Assembly: GCA_051362555.1 (NCBI GenBank)
Contig: CM120646.1
Location: 3,286,001-3,350,000 of the forward strand
Source of the DNA: Lingula anatina
Lineage: Eukaryota; Animalia; Brachiopoda
Length of the DNA stretch: 64,000 bases
Direction of reading: 5' to 3'
How positions within the stretch are numbered: the first letter of the stretch is position 1; each line of letters starts with the position of its first letter. The notes below the pieces were generated by a model. The model was not told the DNA's origin and ran no database searches. It saw nothing but the letters and a program-made list of their open reading frames with translations. The position numbers and the translations under genes were made by a program. Positions 48,575 through 61,322 of this stretch are shown here, in pieces.

Positions 48575-51401
48575 TCAGGCTCTGGCGGGAAAAGTTAGTG
48601 TCTCTCTGCCGTTCATCGCGCCTGTTGTCGTGTCTATGTTGATAATGCCGTGAGACTGTCCTTGGCCGAACTTGGTATGCACTAACATATTGTTAAACAA
48701 ATACACGCGCCCGTCGACAAATACAGACGGCATCACGTTTCTGTATGTGAATAATAGTCTTGTACCCCGTGGGTTCTCCAGCTGTGTCTGAAATAACAAC
48801 AAGTTTTTTCTATGAAACAATGTTTTTAACATACAGAGGTTCATCTTCAAATCAACATTGCATGATTTCCTCGTGTAATTTATAGGTATTACGAATAATC
48901 GGGAAAAATCCGTTTTTATTTCTTTCCTTTCTAAAATGCTATGTTAACTGTCTCTTATTCTCATATTTGAATACGATACCAATGAATGCTGTTTCTGGTT
49001 GAGACGAAGTCCCTACAACCACATTGTAAGTATTTTGTAATAGTAACTTAATGCGTGACACATTGCCCCTCACAACACAATGATTCAGTCCAAACAACTT
49101 TCCATGTAAACAAAATCTGTTAAAATTATTAAAAATAAAGATTTGATATACATGTATTTAAAATACGTTAAAATTTTAATGAATCACATTTTCCCCTGTA
49201 AATTAAGAGTTGATATTTTAAATTGAATATTTTCCCAAAATGTTACCCCGCTTTTTGTCCTATTTTTGCAAGCATTAGATGATATTTAGGGAGGGGGGGG
49301 AATATTCTTTTCACAGTCATACTAAGACCATTCCAAAGAGTACTGCTCTAAGATATCCCCACATATAACATTATGTTACGGGCGAGGTAATCAATTGATC
49401 ACGACTGACTCACCTGACTACACATTCCTCTAGTCCTCTATTCCTTATGCACCATATTTATTGAGATCAAAATACATATATTACCGTGACATACATTTGA
49501 AATAGAAATATTCCATAAAAACTTCAATGCTGTATTCCAAATTTGAAATTTGAACATTTACAGGGTGGTCCATAAAAATCGACCTATTTTAAGTTGAGAT
49601 GGAAAGTAAAATTGGTCGTTTTTTATGGACCATCCAGTACCGGTAAGACTTTGTCCATGAGGCACACAGTCACAATGTCAACATTAAAAAAAAATAAATT
49701 ACAATTATTTTAATGTAAAGATCTTACCCACCTGGGCCATGTATTCCCCATAGAAAAGTGTTTTGGTTTGGTCAAGCGTTCCAGAAAACCCAGTCCCGGT
49801 AATCTGAAAGGTGTCAGTCACCTCTATCACCCAGCCGGCGTCCGAGACGGGCACGTTGCGGTACGAAAAAGAACCACGTGGCCCTGATTCTAAAATGGAA
49901 CAAAGGACCCAATGTTAATATTTTGGGTGATTTACGTTTTTATGCTGATAATTTGTTCTAAATGAAAAGTTTTAAGGCGGATACTGTACGATGTGAGGTG
50001 CCTCGACTTTTGTTGTTCGGAATTTATGCCTACAGTGTTGTGACTGCCGAGCCGTGTCTCGTTAGCCGTAATACACACGTCTTAAAAACAAGCTTAGAAT
50101 TTTAAATTTATAATTCAGAACAGGTAGTCATCAAAAACAGCCTAAGAAAACGTAGGTGCTCCATACACACACACACACATCAAAAAAGAAATAATATTGA
50201 CGCTGATTCTTCTCCGCTCACCATGTACTTTACGACGCGCAGAGTTTCAGGGTGCTTACTGAGTTTCCTTTCTTCCAAGAAAACGGTCTGAACCAGCTTT
50301 TTCTGATGACACCGCATGCCGGTTATGGCATAAATGATTTTTCAACAGACGCTGAAAATGACAAGAAAGAAAAAGATTCTGCCTACCTAAAATGAGCCTG
50401 TACTTCGTTATAGGGTTGATGTGGAAGGGGTGAAAGAACATCCTCCCGCCCGCTAGTGGAACGTTTCCATCGATTATATCAGCGTCCGTCACGGCGGACA
50501 TATCTATTCCAAAGTAGTCACTGAAATACTGTACTGCTTCTCGTCCAAAGTCTATCACACTTTGATTGCTGAAAAAAATGTGAAAACAGAATACAGAGTT
50601 ACCTTAGCAGTTGTCTTTCGAAACTCAGTGAATCAGTTGGTCCGAAGGGTGTTTGTTCCGAATCCAATTTATGTATATTGTGTATATACAGCAAGATGAC
50701 ACTATACCACAACACAACAATACTAGACGTAATTGCTGCGGGGGATCTGTTCAGTGTCTATAGGGGATCACGCGGCAAACTTTCAAATTGGTCGGCCATA
50801 TTTGATTCGCGGACTAGAAACACGTAGTCCGCGGATCAATTGGTTGTGAACGCGCTCATGTTTTAGTGATTTAAATATTGCTTTGTAAGACAATATTCTT
50901 GGCGCATAGAGTTTTACCCTAATCGCCGCAAAGTTAGACCCACCTCACGCGAATTCTCGCACTTTTTCTGCCGACATGCAGTATTACACCTCACAAATGT
51001 GGGAAAGATGGTACAGTACTGTACAATAGGGACATCTTCGTCACTATGTACCCATTCTTTCCACAAAGTCACTCTATCGAATATATAGTTAGACAAAATA
51101 CTCACTCTTTTCTCCCTGCACAACGATGATGCTGAAGAAACCTGGTGGTGTTTCTTTCTAATCCCGTCCATATTCCGTCCAGAGCGAATAAGAAGATGTG
51201 TCGGTACACCCCGGGGTCAGACAGCCGGACATTACACTGACCATTGCGTCTGGCACCGCTAAGCTGGCGTGTGAGGAACCAGGGCGCTCGGTGAGTGGAA
51301 TATCCCCTGCGGCCGTCCACGTGTAACGGGCACGCGAGGGCGCAGAGGAATATTACAACGATGCTGAAAGTATTCAGAAGGTTTTTGTCCTTCAGTGTCA
51401 T
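48575..51401 (-). CDS. Uncharacterised secreted protein, copy B (282 aa, 4 coding exons)
   Basis: Exons 51401-51106, 50568-50387, 49889-49732, 48787-48575; exons 2-4 have the same lengths as copy A (182/158/213 nt); intact frame with many synonymous differences. Confidence 0.88.
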
Positions 51402-53320
51402 CGTGGTTACGTTAAAATATATGATGGTGGTTTCTGGAAGAGATGAAATCAGTCAAATGCAGGTTTCTTCATGGAAATGTTTACTGTATTGGGATGACCT
51501 GAATTTGAAATATGCATGAGGGTGCACGTATTAAATAAATGTTTGTGCGATGTTCATTTTAAAAATCTCAGAATGTTAAGTTATGAAATGATTTTTAATC
51601 AAAACAAATGAATACGTGTGCCGGTTTCTAGAGCCAAATAATACTAATGGCCTATTTTTTTCCTCATATACACTTATGTACATTAAAGTTAACTAGTACC
51701 TACAGACCGTCGCTACTTTACGTACAGTTTAAAACTAAAAAATGTTCTGTATAAGCCGACGATGAAAAACCACTCTCTGTCTTCTCTTGAATTCGTCCGA
51801 GTGGGTAGATATGCATGTGTATTCTTACATTTTAACTGGTGACTGGTTACTGATGTATATGTGGTAACTGGGTCGGTGAGAAGTCAAATTAGCTTGATAG
51901 GGACAGGCACGAAATTCTTGACAGTTAAATTAGGGCGTCAAGTAGGCTAACTTTAATATACTGCTTCTTACTAAAATGTCTAAATTGCAATACGTTTCAG
52001 AGCGTGGTCTCAAATTTCGGATTTTTTTACGATTTATTCCTGTAAAAGTTCTTAATTAGACAAATTTTAGGTGCTAAATGATAAAATGCTCAAGTAAATC
52101 GCCTCCTTTTCCTTTAAACCAAATCCATTTTTCTGTACAGAGCAAAGAACTTCTCTGTGTAGCCCACCAGTAGAGTTGATTCCATTCAGCTTTAAATCCG
52201 TCACTCTTTCATGGACATGTGGATCAGGAAATTATATCTGATATAGTTCCCTGTGTGGATGAAGGACAAAATTTTGATAAAAACGACCCACCTACCTGAT
52301 CATCTCGTACACTGTTCACCCTCGGAAAGCTAAAGAATATATGGATTGGTGCGTCTCTCCACTGCCAAAGACTGTATGAATGTGTTACTTGATGTTATAA
52401 CCCACGCAACGTTAAATATGCCAAATAAGGTCACAGATGAATTTTTAACAGACATCTGTTACATCTTGGTATCTCTCTGTTACAGGGTGTGTTCCCCTTT
52501 CCAGCGCATCGTTGTTTGTGCAGCCTTTGGGCCTCCCCAAAAGAAGAGGAAAAAAGGCACAGTATTATGTATAAGCTCGTCTATATCCACAATCTGATGT
52601 ATGTGAAAAAAACGGCACATTTAAACTTTGCACATTGGCTTGGGGGGTTTCCCTGCTGGGGCACCCTATAGTCCCACATGTGTAATATACCGCTTATGTT
52701 GCACACGTATCAAGAATGTGAGATCGTTTCAGGATCCACAAAGACCAGGAATAAAGACATCTGTCCATAAGTTACTAAACCTTTAGCTTTAAATCGGATT
52801 GTGAATTGCCTTGACTTTTGTTATATACGGGTCGACACAGAAATTTTGCTATCAAAGGGTTTTATAGAGGACATCATTGTTTTTTTTCTTTTTTTTTTTT
52901 TTTTTCATTGAGGCGATCAATATTTGTGTGAAGAATGGATCGTGGAAGTGAGTCAAAGTAAATCATATTAAGTTGCATGTATATATATATTTGAAAATAT
53001 ACAACGCTTTTCAGATACCAGTACATAGTGACAATAACTACACGTATTAATTTGTAACAGAGAGATTTAAATGTTATTTTATTAATTTAGAAAAAATAGC
53101 TAGTTGCACTCTCCTAATGTTGTCGCTATCATAAAATATTATGATGTTTTCTCATATGTGACGACATTAGAGGGGTCTGTATTGAAACCCAAGTATAATT
53201 TTAAAGTAATAAGTTCAAATTATGGAATATATATATATATATATCATTGGCAAAGTCGTGACAAACACATCTTTTGTGCTGGTCATCCGTTATACAGGCA
53301 GCATAACTTTCGTTAACGGG

Positions 53321-53410
53321 AGCTAAGTGGCGCAGTGGAAGCGTGCGGGGCCCATAACCCCGAGGTCCTACGATCGAAAACCAGCTCTGCATCGAAAGCT
53401 AGCTCTGCTA
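53321..53410 (+). pseudogene. tRNA-iMet pseudogene
   Basis: Acceptor stem mutated (AGCTAAG), T-stem mutated, 3' end duplicated (ATCGAAA..AGCTCTGC twice). Confidence 0.88.
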
Positions 53411-54304
53411 GTAGTCATTTCTTTATAAAACCTACGCCAGCTTAACATTACACGTGAAGATGATATCACACCGTTCTTTGTACTTCAATCAATCGTTGAA
53501 AAGCTAGAGATCGTTAAATGTATTGTTATTCTGTCTGCTTACAAGATGAGCAACAAAAGTAATATTTACGTCTTCAAAGCCTTTTACGTCAAACGAAATG
53601 ATTATTTGTCCACGAAGTTCACTAAAGAGACTTCCGAACTGAAAAAACATGAGCATATTTTTCACATAAATTTCTCTTCCTTGAGGCAGAGGCAACTTTT
53701 GCTCTATACAGGCATCTCGGGGCAAATTATCTTCTAGAAAATCACAGAAACCACTGCAGTGTCAGAGGATTTCGGATCGGCTACATCCTAGTGATATATC
53801 ATGATCAGTATTAAAAAAAACAATTAAAATAAAAAACACGTACATATTGTGGTGAAGGCACGGTCAGCATCAAAACCGGTCAATTCACTTCCTCATTTCT
53901 CATTGCAAACTTTTGTCGCTAGACTCTGAAAGGGAGTCTGCATTACCATTTAAATCATAACGCCATTTGAGGGCATTCTTACCCAATAAATAAGTATAAA
54001 ACCCTACAAATATATAAAAAATTTATTTTTTTTAAAATTATCCCTTTACAATGAAAACCCCACAGGGTCAGGGGGTGCCTGTGGATCAACAGTGTGTGAG
54101 GTACCCCCCCGTGTCAAAATATATTTTTGTGCTCTGGTTAGAAATTGCACTATTATTATTATTATTATCATTATAATTATTATTATTAATATTATTATTA
54201 TTATTGTTGTTGTTGTCACTATCTGATAGTTTTGCATTTCATAGCTGCTTCATGAGGGTCTAATAGTATCATCACATATATTGTGCTCTGGTTAGAAATT
54301 GCAC

Positions 54305-54341
<37 letters not shown>

Positions 54342-54812
54342 GTTGTTGTTGTTGTTGTTGTCACTATCTGATAGTTTTGCATTTCATAGCTGCTTCATGA
54401 AGGTCATTGTAAATCACAATTTCGTTTTTTCTTAAATAATATCTGCGCCGTCAGAGGATAGGCTACATGTAGGACATCATAAACGGATTATCATTGAACT
54501 GTCCTCTATTCGTTTCATTCGACTTATGAAGTTCTCGAATGGACATCAAACCCATCTCACATTTCTGCCAACATTTTTAGTAAAAATATGATCACAACAC
54601 TATAGATTTGATGGGTCTCTGGCTATAATGAATCACAGGAACGTGCACGAGTATTAGCCAGTCTTAGCATTAGTCAGTATTAACATAAACCATTCTTACT
54701 CTTAGCCAGTCTTTGCAATGGTCATTCTTGGCACTTGTTTTTGCTGGGAACAGCTGTGGTGTCGAGTTCTCTGTATACAAAACACACATCCAGAAGACTG
54801 GGACAACATCTC

Positions 54813-55248
54813 TTAGAAAAGAGAACAGTGAACCCTCCAACTTCGCACAGAATTCTCGCCGCTTGCATCCTTCACACCATTCTCTTGCTCCTCCCTCTCT
54901 TCGGCCGTCTCTTCGCCCATGGCTTCGCAATCCCTGTCTTCACGGTTTAGGCCCTGAAAAACTTCCGACTGTGGTTTTGGCATAGGTGAGACGGGGCTGT
55001 ACCTGGCTGCAGGGGGAGAGGAAGAACCGCGGTGTTCAGGAGCGTCTGCAAATCCGGAGTCACGGATGTGACTTGTGTCAACAAGCGCTAGTGGTGGTGG
55101 TGGTGGTGGTGGTCGTGGTGATGGTAGTAGTGGAAAGCCATTGTCACCGAGAGAACTAGGACCTGGTTGAGGTTGCCCTTCCACAGTTTCGTGGTCCATC
55201 TGGGCCTTCGTCTCCAGTCTGACATGTTCCATCCTGTGTCGCCACCCC
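54813..55248 (-). CDS. Duplicated terminal exon of the Pro-rich/acidic gene (possible second exon of the TIR gene, or pseudo-exon)
   Basis: Near-identical to 61781-62236 but lacks 10 nt near its 5' end and has fewer CCA repeats; acceptor TTTCAAAACAAG retained. Confidence 0.5.
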
Positions 55249-55559
55249 CTTGTTTTGAAAGGAATAATAAATTATTCAATATATTTTGTTACATTGCAAA
55301 TAGTATGTTTTTAGAATAGCCTCTTCTCGCAAAGCAACTCTTCAGCAGTCCCAGATTTTCGCGATCACGACTCTTACATGTAGCAGTGATCTGAGTAATA
55401 GATCTATTTTGTATATAACCTTATTTATTTATTTATTTATTTATTCATCCAGTTGTGAAGAGAGAGAGAGAGAGAGAGAGAGAGTAATAAGAGTAGGCCT
55501 ATATTTCTCTACTTCTGCTACAGTGTGACACCGACCTTGTTCCGGCTGTGAAATAGTGA

Positions 55560-56021
55560 TTAGTGATTCAGCGCTCTCCGCAGCTTATCCAGTGCTTCTG
55601 GGTTGTCTTTAGGAAGGACGGCATCTCCGAAGGGAAGACCTGTAGTTACGTTAAATTTTTTAAACTCCTGTATGTTGTTAATATCTTGTTTGCTAACATC
55701 AAGGACATAAAGAGGTATAAACCTATCAGTTTTCAGCCGATCTAGAAAGGCGTTTTGAGCAGTATAATTGTTCCAGCAGTCTTCGATGAAAGCTCGGCAC
55801 ATGACTGGTACAATAAACTTGGAGTTTTCGAAAGCATCAATAACTGAGAAAACACTTTGCCCAGGCAAAACGTCATCGAGGTTGAGGAATACTTTTAGGT
55901 TACATTCTGTTTTCAAATAGTCAGCAAGCGCATACGCAAAGTTTTTATTTGTACTTCTACCATCATGACCCAACAGGCAAACGTCATACTTGTATGGCTC
56001 TACTCTGGAACTTGCCGCCAT
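55560..56021 (-). CDS. TIR-domain (TIR_2-like) protein, 153 aa, TIR-only as written
   Basis: YKYDVCL (box1 YDVF-like), LKVFLNLDDVLPGQSVFSVIDAFENSKFIVPVMCRAFIEDCW (box2/BB-loop DxxPG, alpha-B, beta-C, alpha-C), RFIPLY; good start context AAATGG. Confidence 0.88.
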   Translation of the reverse strand: MAASSRVEPYKYDVCLLGHDGRSTNKNFAYALADYLKTECNLKVFLNLDDVLPGQSVFSVIDAFENSKFIVPVMCRAFIEDCWNNYTAQNAFLDRLKTDRFIPLYVLDVSKQDINNIQEFKKFNVTTGLPFGDAVLPKDNPEALDKLRRALNH

Positions 56022-56508
56022 TTCTCAAAAATTGTAATACTAAATAAAACGCACTTTCGGTTTGGGAGTTCAATCTATCTTCTTGTGTAAGGTGTCCTAC
56101 ATTACGAGCTTTTCGACCTCTGTCAGTGAGTATATATCTCTGTCAAGTGTAGGCTACAGAACACGGAAGTGCCGTCTCGTCCGAATACTGCTTGGGTTGT
56201 AGGCCTACTAGTCAGAAATACCGACAGGAATATTGTCTCTACATCTTGTTCCTTTTTCAACCAACGGCGTTGTTGTAAAATATACGAAAATAGGCTTTGA
56301 CAATAGTTAAATCGACAATTTTTTTGTAAGATAGCGTTTATAAATAATTAAATTGTAAAGTCCCGACGTAGACAGGTACTTGCAGATCGATAAATAGGCC
56401 CTGCCTATTACATGTAGTTTTGGTATTTTGCGACATCCCAAAAATTCAGCCTAGGGTTTAATACAAAACATAAGCTACAAGAGTTCCTTCATCTGACATG
56501 TGGTGACC

Positions 56509-56540
<32 letters not shown>

Positions 56541-57145
56541 TTACTATGTTACTTGCGCTAATGTGATTATAATTAGCCCTTTCAATTTCCGCCAGCTCTC
56601 CTAACACAACCCGAATGGCGTTCTAACTGGGGCCGTAGCAACAATCCGAAGGTTCATTCAGAATTATAGTGAACTGATAAACGGTGGCCAACTCTACTGG
56701 ATAACCGTTTGTTTCGCTAGGTGTATTGCATTTTAAACATAGTAGCTTGTTATATTTGAGAATATTGAAATGACACGCGCGCGCTCGCACACACATACAC
56801 ACACACACACACGCGTACAGCATAGCAAGCGATAAAAGACAAAACCAACACATTTACCATCCTGTGTCCTACATATAGTAAACTGGCCTTATTATCCACT
56901 AGACCTATATTATAGGCCTATCTACCTAGCGAAGTGAGGTAATTTCTTTCAGTTTTGTCACCTTTGTACCCTGAGTGTCAGAGCAACGTAAAAGCTAGCT
57001 TGTTAAATATATACCTTGTGATGGAGTCGCTTTTACTAGTATTGTTGATATGGGTTATATATGAAATCAAGATCGAGCTGGCAATACCGGAATCTAGAAC
57101 CTAGGGTACACCTTTGCCAAATATTGTAAAGATATCCTTTGCCAA

Positions 57146-57577
57146 AGGGTCATTCCCAGAGATTTAGATCGATCCATCAGGATCGATTAACTCCCTGGGG
57201 GTTCACCCTAAATTGCAGTCAACCGAGCGCGCACGACAGTTAATTACCCAATTACAGCTTTCAGTAGGCGGGACAGACGCTTAAGCCGCTAATCTGACAG
57301 TAATCTAGTGAGACTCCCCACAGGGATAGATCGATCTAAAATCTGTGGGAATGGTGTCTTAGGCTCTATTCCCATAGATTTTAGATCGATCTATCCCCGC
57401 GGGGAACCTCACTAGATTACTTTCAGATAATCCGACTTAAATGTGCGTCCCGCCTACTACAAGCTGTAAGGGGATAATTAACTTTCGTGTCCGCCCGGCT
57501 GACAGCTATTTAGCGTGAACCCCCAGGGAGTTAGGTCGATCTAAAGTAGGCCGATCTAATCTATGGAAATGGTGTCT
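57146..57577. mobile_element. Two adjacent PIF/Harbinger-like MITE copies in opposite orientation sharing one TTA
   Basis: Copy 1 ends ...GGGAATGGTGTC, TTA (57359-57361), copy 2 starts GGCTCTATTCCCATAG and ends GGAAATGGTGTC-TTA; internal sequences are reverse complements; same family as 21484-21690. Confidence 0.8.
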
Positions 57578-58652
57578 TAAAGATTGTACTATTTGACCAA
57601 AAACACAATCAATGCATTAATCTGTTTTATGAAAATAGTATAAAACATATTACATACTGCTGACTTACAAGTGCCGGGTCAGGGGTGATAAAGTGGGGGG
57701 TGGGGGTGGGGGAGGGGAGGGGGTAAGAGGCACAGGATTTAAAAGTGGGGCAGGTGCTCTCTCTGCCCCCCCCCCCCTTGCGCCCCATGGACACAGCATT
57801 GATTACAGCACTCGCATGCACTTTGTAGAGTGTGTTTGATAAGTGTAATCTAAGAAATTATACGCTAAGTACTCAATTTTCCAACTGTCAAAATACACAA
57901 CAGACAGCACTGCATGGTTTGCCATCCTAGGCCTGTCAAACTGAAGATCTTTCCCTTTCAACATTATCCCTTGTACAAAATTATGATACTTTTTAAAGTC
58001 CCTTTGGACCATCCCCCCCTTTCTCTCTCTTGCTCTCTCTAACACACACACACATACACGCAAACGTGCATACACACACGCACAGAGAAAGAAAGAAGGA
58101 GAAAGAGAGATTCAGAAGAGACAGAAGACTATACTTATTTGTCCACAAAGTTCACTTCCTCAATGAAGGAACTTCAACATATTTTCCCCATAAATTTCTC
58201 TTTCTTGAGGCGAAGCACTTTTTGCTCTATAAATAAAGGCATCTCGGGCAAATTATTCCCTAGAAAATCACAAAAACCACTGCATTGTCGAAGAAATTTG
58301 GATCGGCTAGGCTACATCCAAGTGATCTATCATGGTACGTATAAAAAAAAGACAATTAAAGAAAACGATATTGTGGTGAAGGCAAGGTCAGAACCAAAAC
58401 CGATTCACTTCCTTGTTCTTTTGTAGCTAGACCATGAAAAGGAATTTACATTTAAATCTAAACGCCCGTTGAGGGCATTCTCACTTTATCAATTATTAAA
58501 TACACCCACAAAATATAAAGTTTATATTTCTTAATAACATATTTACAATTAAAACCCCACAGGATCAGGGGGCGCCTGTGAGTAAAAGCTCTTATTAAAA
58601 CAGGAAGCCGATTATCAATAATATACAAATTGTACCCTGGTTAAATATATGC

Positions 58653-58701
<49 letters not shown>

Positions 58702-58772
58702 TCTACTATTGTTACAATCTGCATTCCATTGTGGCTTCAACAAGGTCTAAAATCTAGTTTTTACTGACCGGC

Positions 58773-61290
58773 GTTACTATACATGGACTAAAATAATGTC
58801 CTGTAAGCCAACGTTTTAAAGACCACTTTTTGCCTTCGCCTGAGTCCAAGTACATAAGTGTGTGCATCCCTGGATCTTAACTGTGCTATATGTGGTGACG
58901 GGGAGGGTGAGAAGTCAAACCACATTGATAGGGTCAGACACCAAAATTTTGACAGTAAAATGAGGGCGTTCAGTATATACTGCAGGAAGGTTTTTGAAAA
59001 ACAAAATTTTTAAAATTGCAATATCTTTCTGTGCGTGGTCTCAAATTTCGATTTTTAAAAGACTTATTCATTTTTTTTTTTAATTTGGCAAATCTAAATT
59101 GTAGACTAAATTGTACATGCTAAACAATAAAAAATAACTTATTCGAACTCAAATAAATCGCCCCCTTCTTCTTTAATACCAATCTATTTTTCTGTTATGT
59201 GCAATGAACTTCTGTTTGAAGTCCACTGATAAAGTTGATTCAATTTAGCTTAAGTCTATCACTCTTCAATGAACGCGTGGATAAAAAGGACAGAACTGAT
59301 TTGAAAATGAACCACCTACCTGAACATCTCATACACTGTACACCCTCGGAAATCTGAAGAATATATGGACTGGCGTCTCTCCACTGCAAAGACCATAGAA
59401 ATGTGTTAGTTGTAAGTTATAACCCACGCGACGTTCAATATGCCAAATAAGGTCACAGATGAATTTTTAACAGACATCTGTTACATCTTGGCGTCTCTGT
59501 TACAGGGCGTGTTCCCCTTTCCAGCGCATCATTGTTTATCCAGCCTTCGGGCCTCCCCAAAAGAAGAGGAAAAAAGCACAGTATCATGTATAAGATCGTC
59601 TATATCCACAATCTGATGTATGTGAAAAAACGGATTTGAACTTTGCACATTGGCTTGGAGTTTTCCCTGCTACGGCACCCTATAATGCCACATGCGTAAC
59701 ACACTGCTTATGTTGCACACTTATCAAGGATGTGAGATCGTTTCAAGACCCACAAAGACCAGGAATAAAGACATCTGTCCATAAGTTACTAAACCTTTAG
59801 CTTTAAATAAGATTGTGAATTGACTTGACTTTTGTTATATACGGGTTGACACAGAAATTTTGCTATCAAAGGGTTTTATAGAGGCCATCATTGCTTTTAT
59901 GTTTTTTTTTCAATGAGGCGATCAATATTTGTGTGAAGAATGGATCGTGGAAGTGAGTCAAAGTAAATCATATGAAGTTGCATGTATATATATATTTGAA
60001 AATATACAACGCTTTTCAGATACCAGTACATAGTGACAATAACTACATGTATTTATTTGTAACAGAGAGATTTAATGTTATTTTATTAATTTAGAAAAAA
60101 TAGCTAGTTGCACTCTCCTAATGTTGTCGCTATCATAAAATATTATGATGTTTTCTCATATGTGACGACATTAGAGGGGTCTGTATTGAAACCTAAGTAT
60201 AATTTTAAAGTAATAAGTTCAAATTATGGAATATATATATATCATTGGCAAAGTCGTGACAAACACATCTTTTGTGCTGGTCATCCGTTATACAGGCAGC
60301 ATAACTTTTGTTAACGGGAGCTAGGTGGCGCAGTGGAAGCGAGGTCCTACGATCGAAAACCAGCTCTGCATCGAAAGCTAGCTCTGCTAGTAGTCATTTC
60401 TTTATAAAACCTACGCCAGCTTAACATTACACGTGAAGATGATATCACACCGTTCTTTGTACTTCAATTAAACGTTGAAAAGCTAGAGATCGTTAAATGT
60501 ATTGTTATTCTGTCTGCTTACAAGATGAGCAACAAAAGTAATATTTACGTCTTCAAAGCCTTTTACGTCAAACGAAATGATTATTTGTCCACGAAGTTCA
60601 CTAAACAGACTTCCGAACTGAAAAAACATGAGCATATTTTTCACATAAATTTCTCTTCCTTGAGGCAGAGGCAACTTTTGCTCTATAAAGGCATCTCGGG
60701 GCAAATTATCTTCTAGAAAATGACAGAAATCACTGCAATGTCAAAGGATTTCGGATCGGCTACATCCTAGTGATATATCATGATCAGTATTTAAAAAAAA
60801 ACAATTAAAATAAAAAACACGTACATATTGTGGTGAAGGCACGGTCAGCATCAAAACCGGTCAATTCACTTCCTCATTTCTCATTGCAAACTTTTGTCGC
60901 TAGACTCTGAAAGGGAGTCTGCATTACCATTTAAATCATAACGCCATTTGAGGGCATTCTTACCCAATAAATAAGTATAAAACCCTACAAATATATAAAA
61001 AATTTATTTTTTTTAAAATTATCCCTTTACAATGAAAACCCCACAGGGTCAGGGGGTGCCTGTGGATCAACAGTGTGTGAGGTACCCCCCCGTGTCAAAA
61101 TATATTTTTGTGCTCTGGTTAGAAATTGCACTATTATTATTATTATTATCATTATAATTATTATTATTGTTGTTGTTGTTGTCACTATCTGATAGTTTTG
61201 CATTTCATAGCTGCTTCATGAGGGTCTAATAGTATCATCACATATATTGTGCTCTGGTTAGAAATTGCACTATTATTATTATTATTATTA

Positions 61291-61322
<32 letters not shown>

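Noticed and set aside
53104-54237. ORFs repeated at 60108-60716
   Set aside because: Conservation reflects very recent duplication; non-ATG starts and no codon or splice support.
47365-60389. tRNA-Met-derived SINE or LTR primer-binding sites
   Set aside because: Homology extends upstream of the tRNAs rather than into a shared 3' body; no poly(A) tails, TSDs or LTRs; better explained by segmental duplication.
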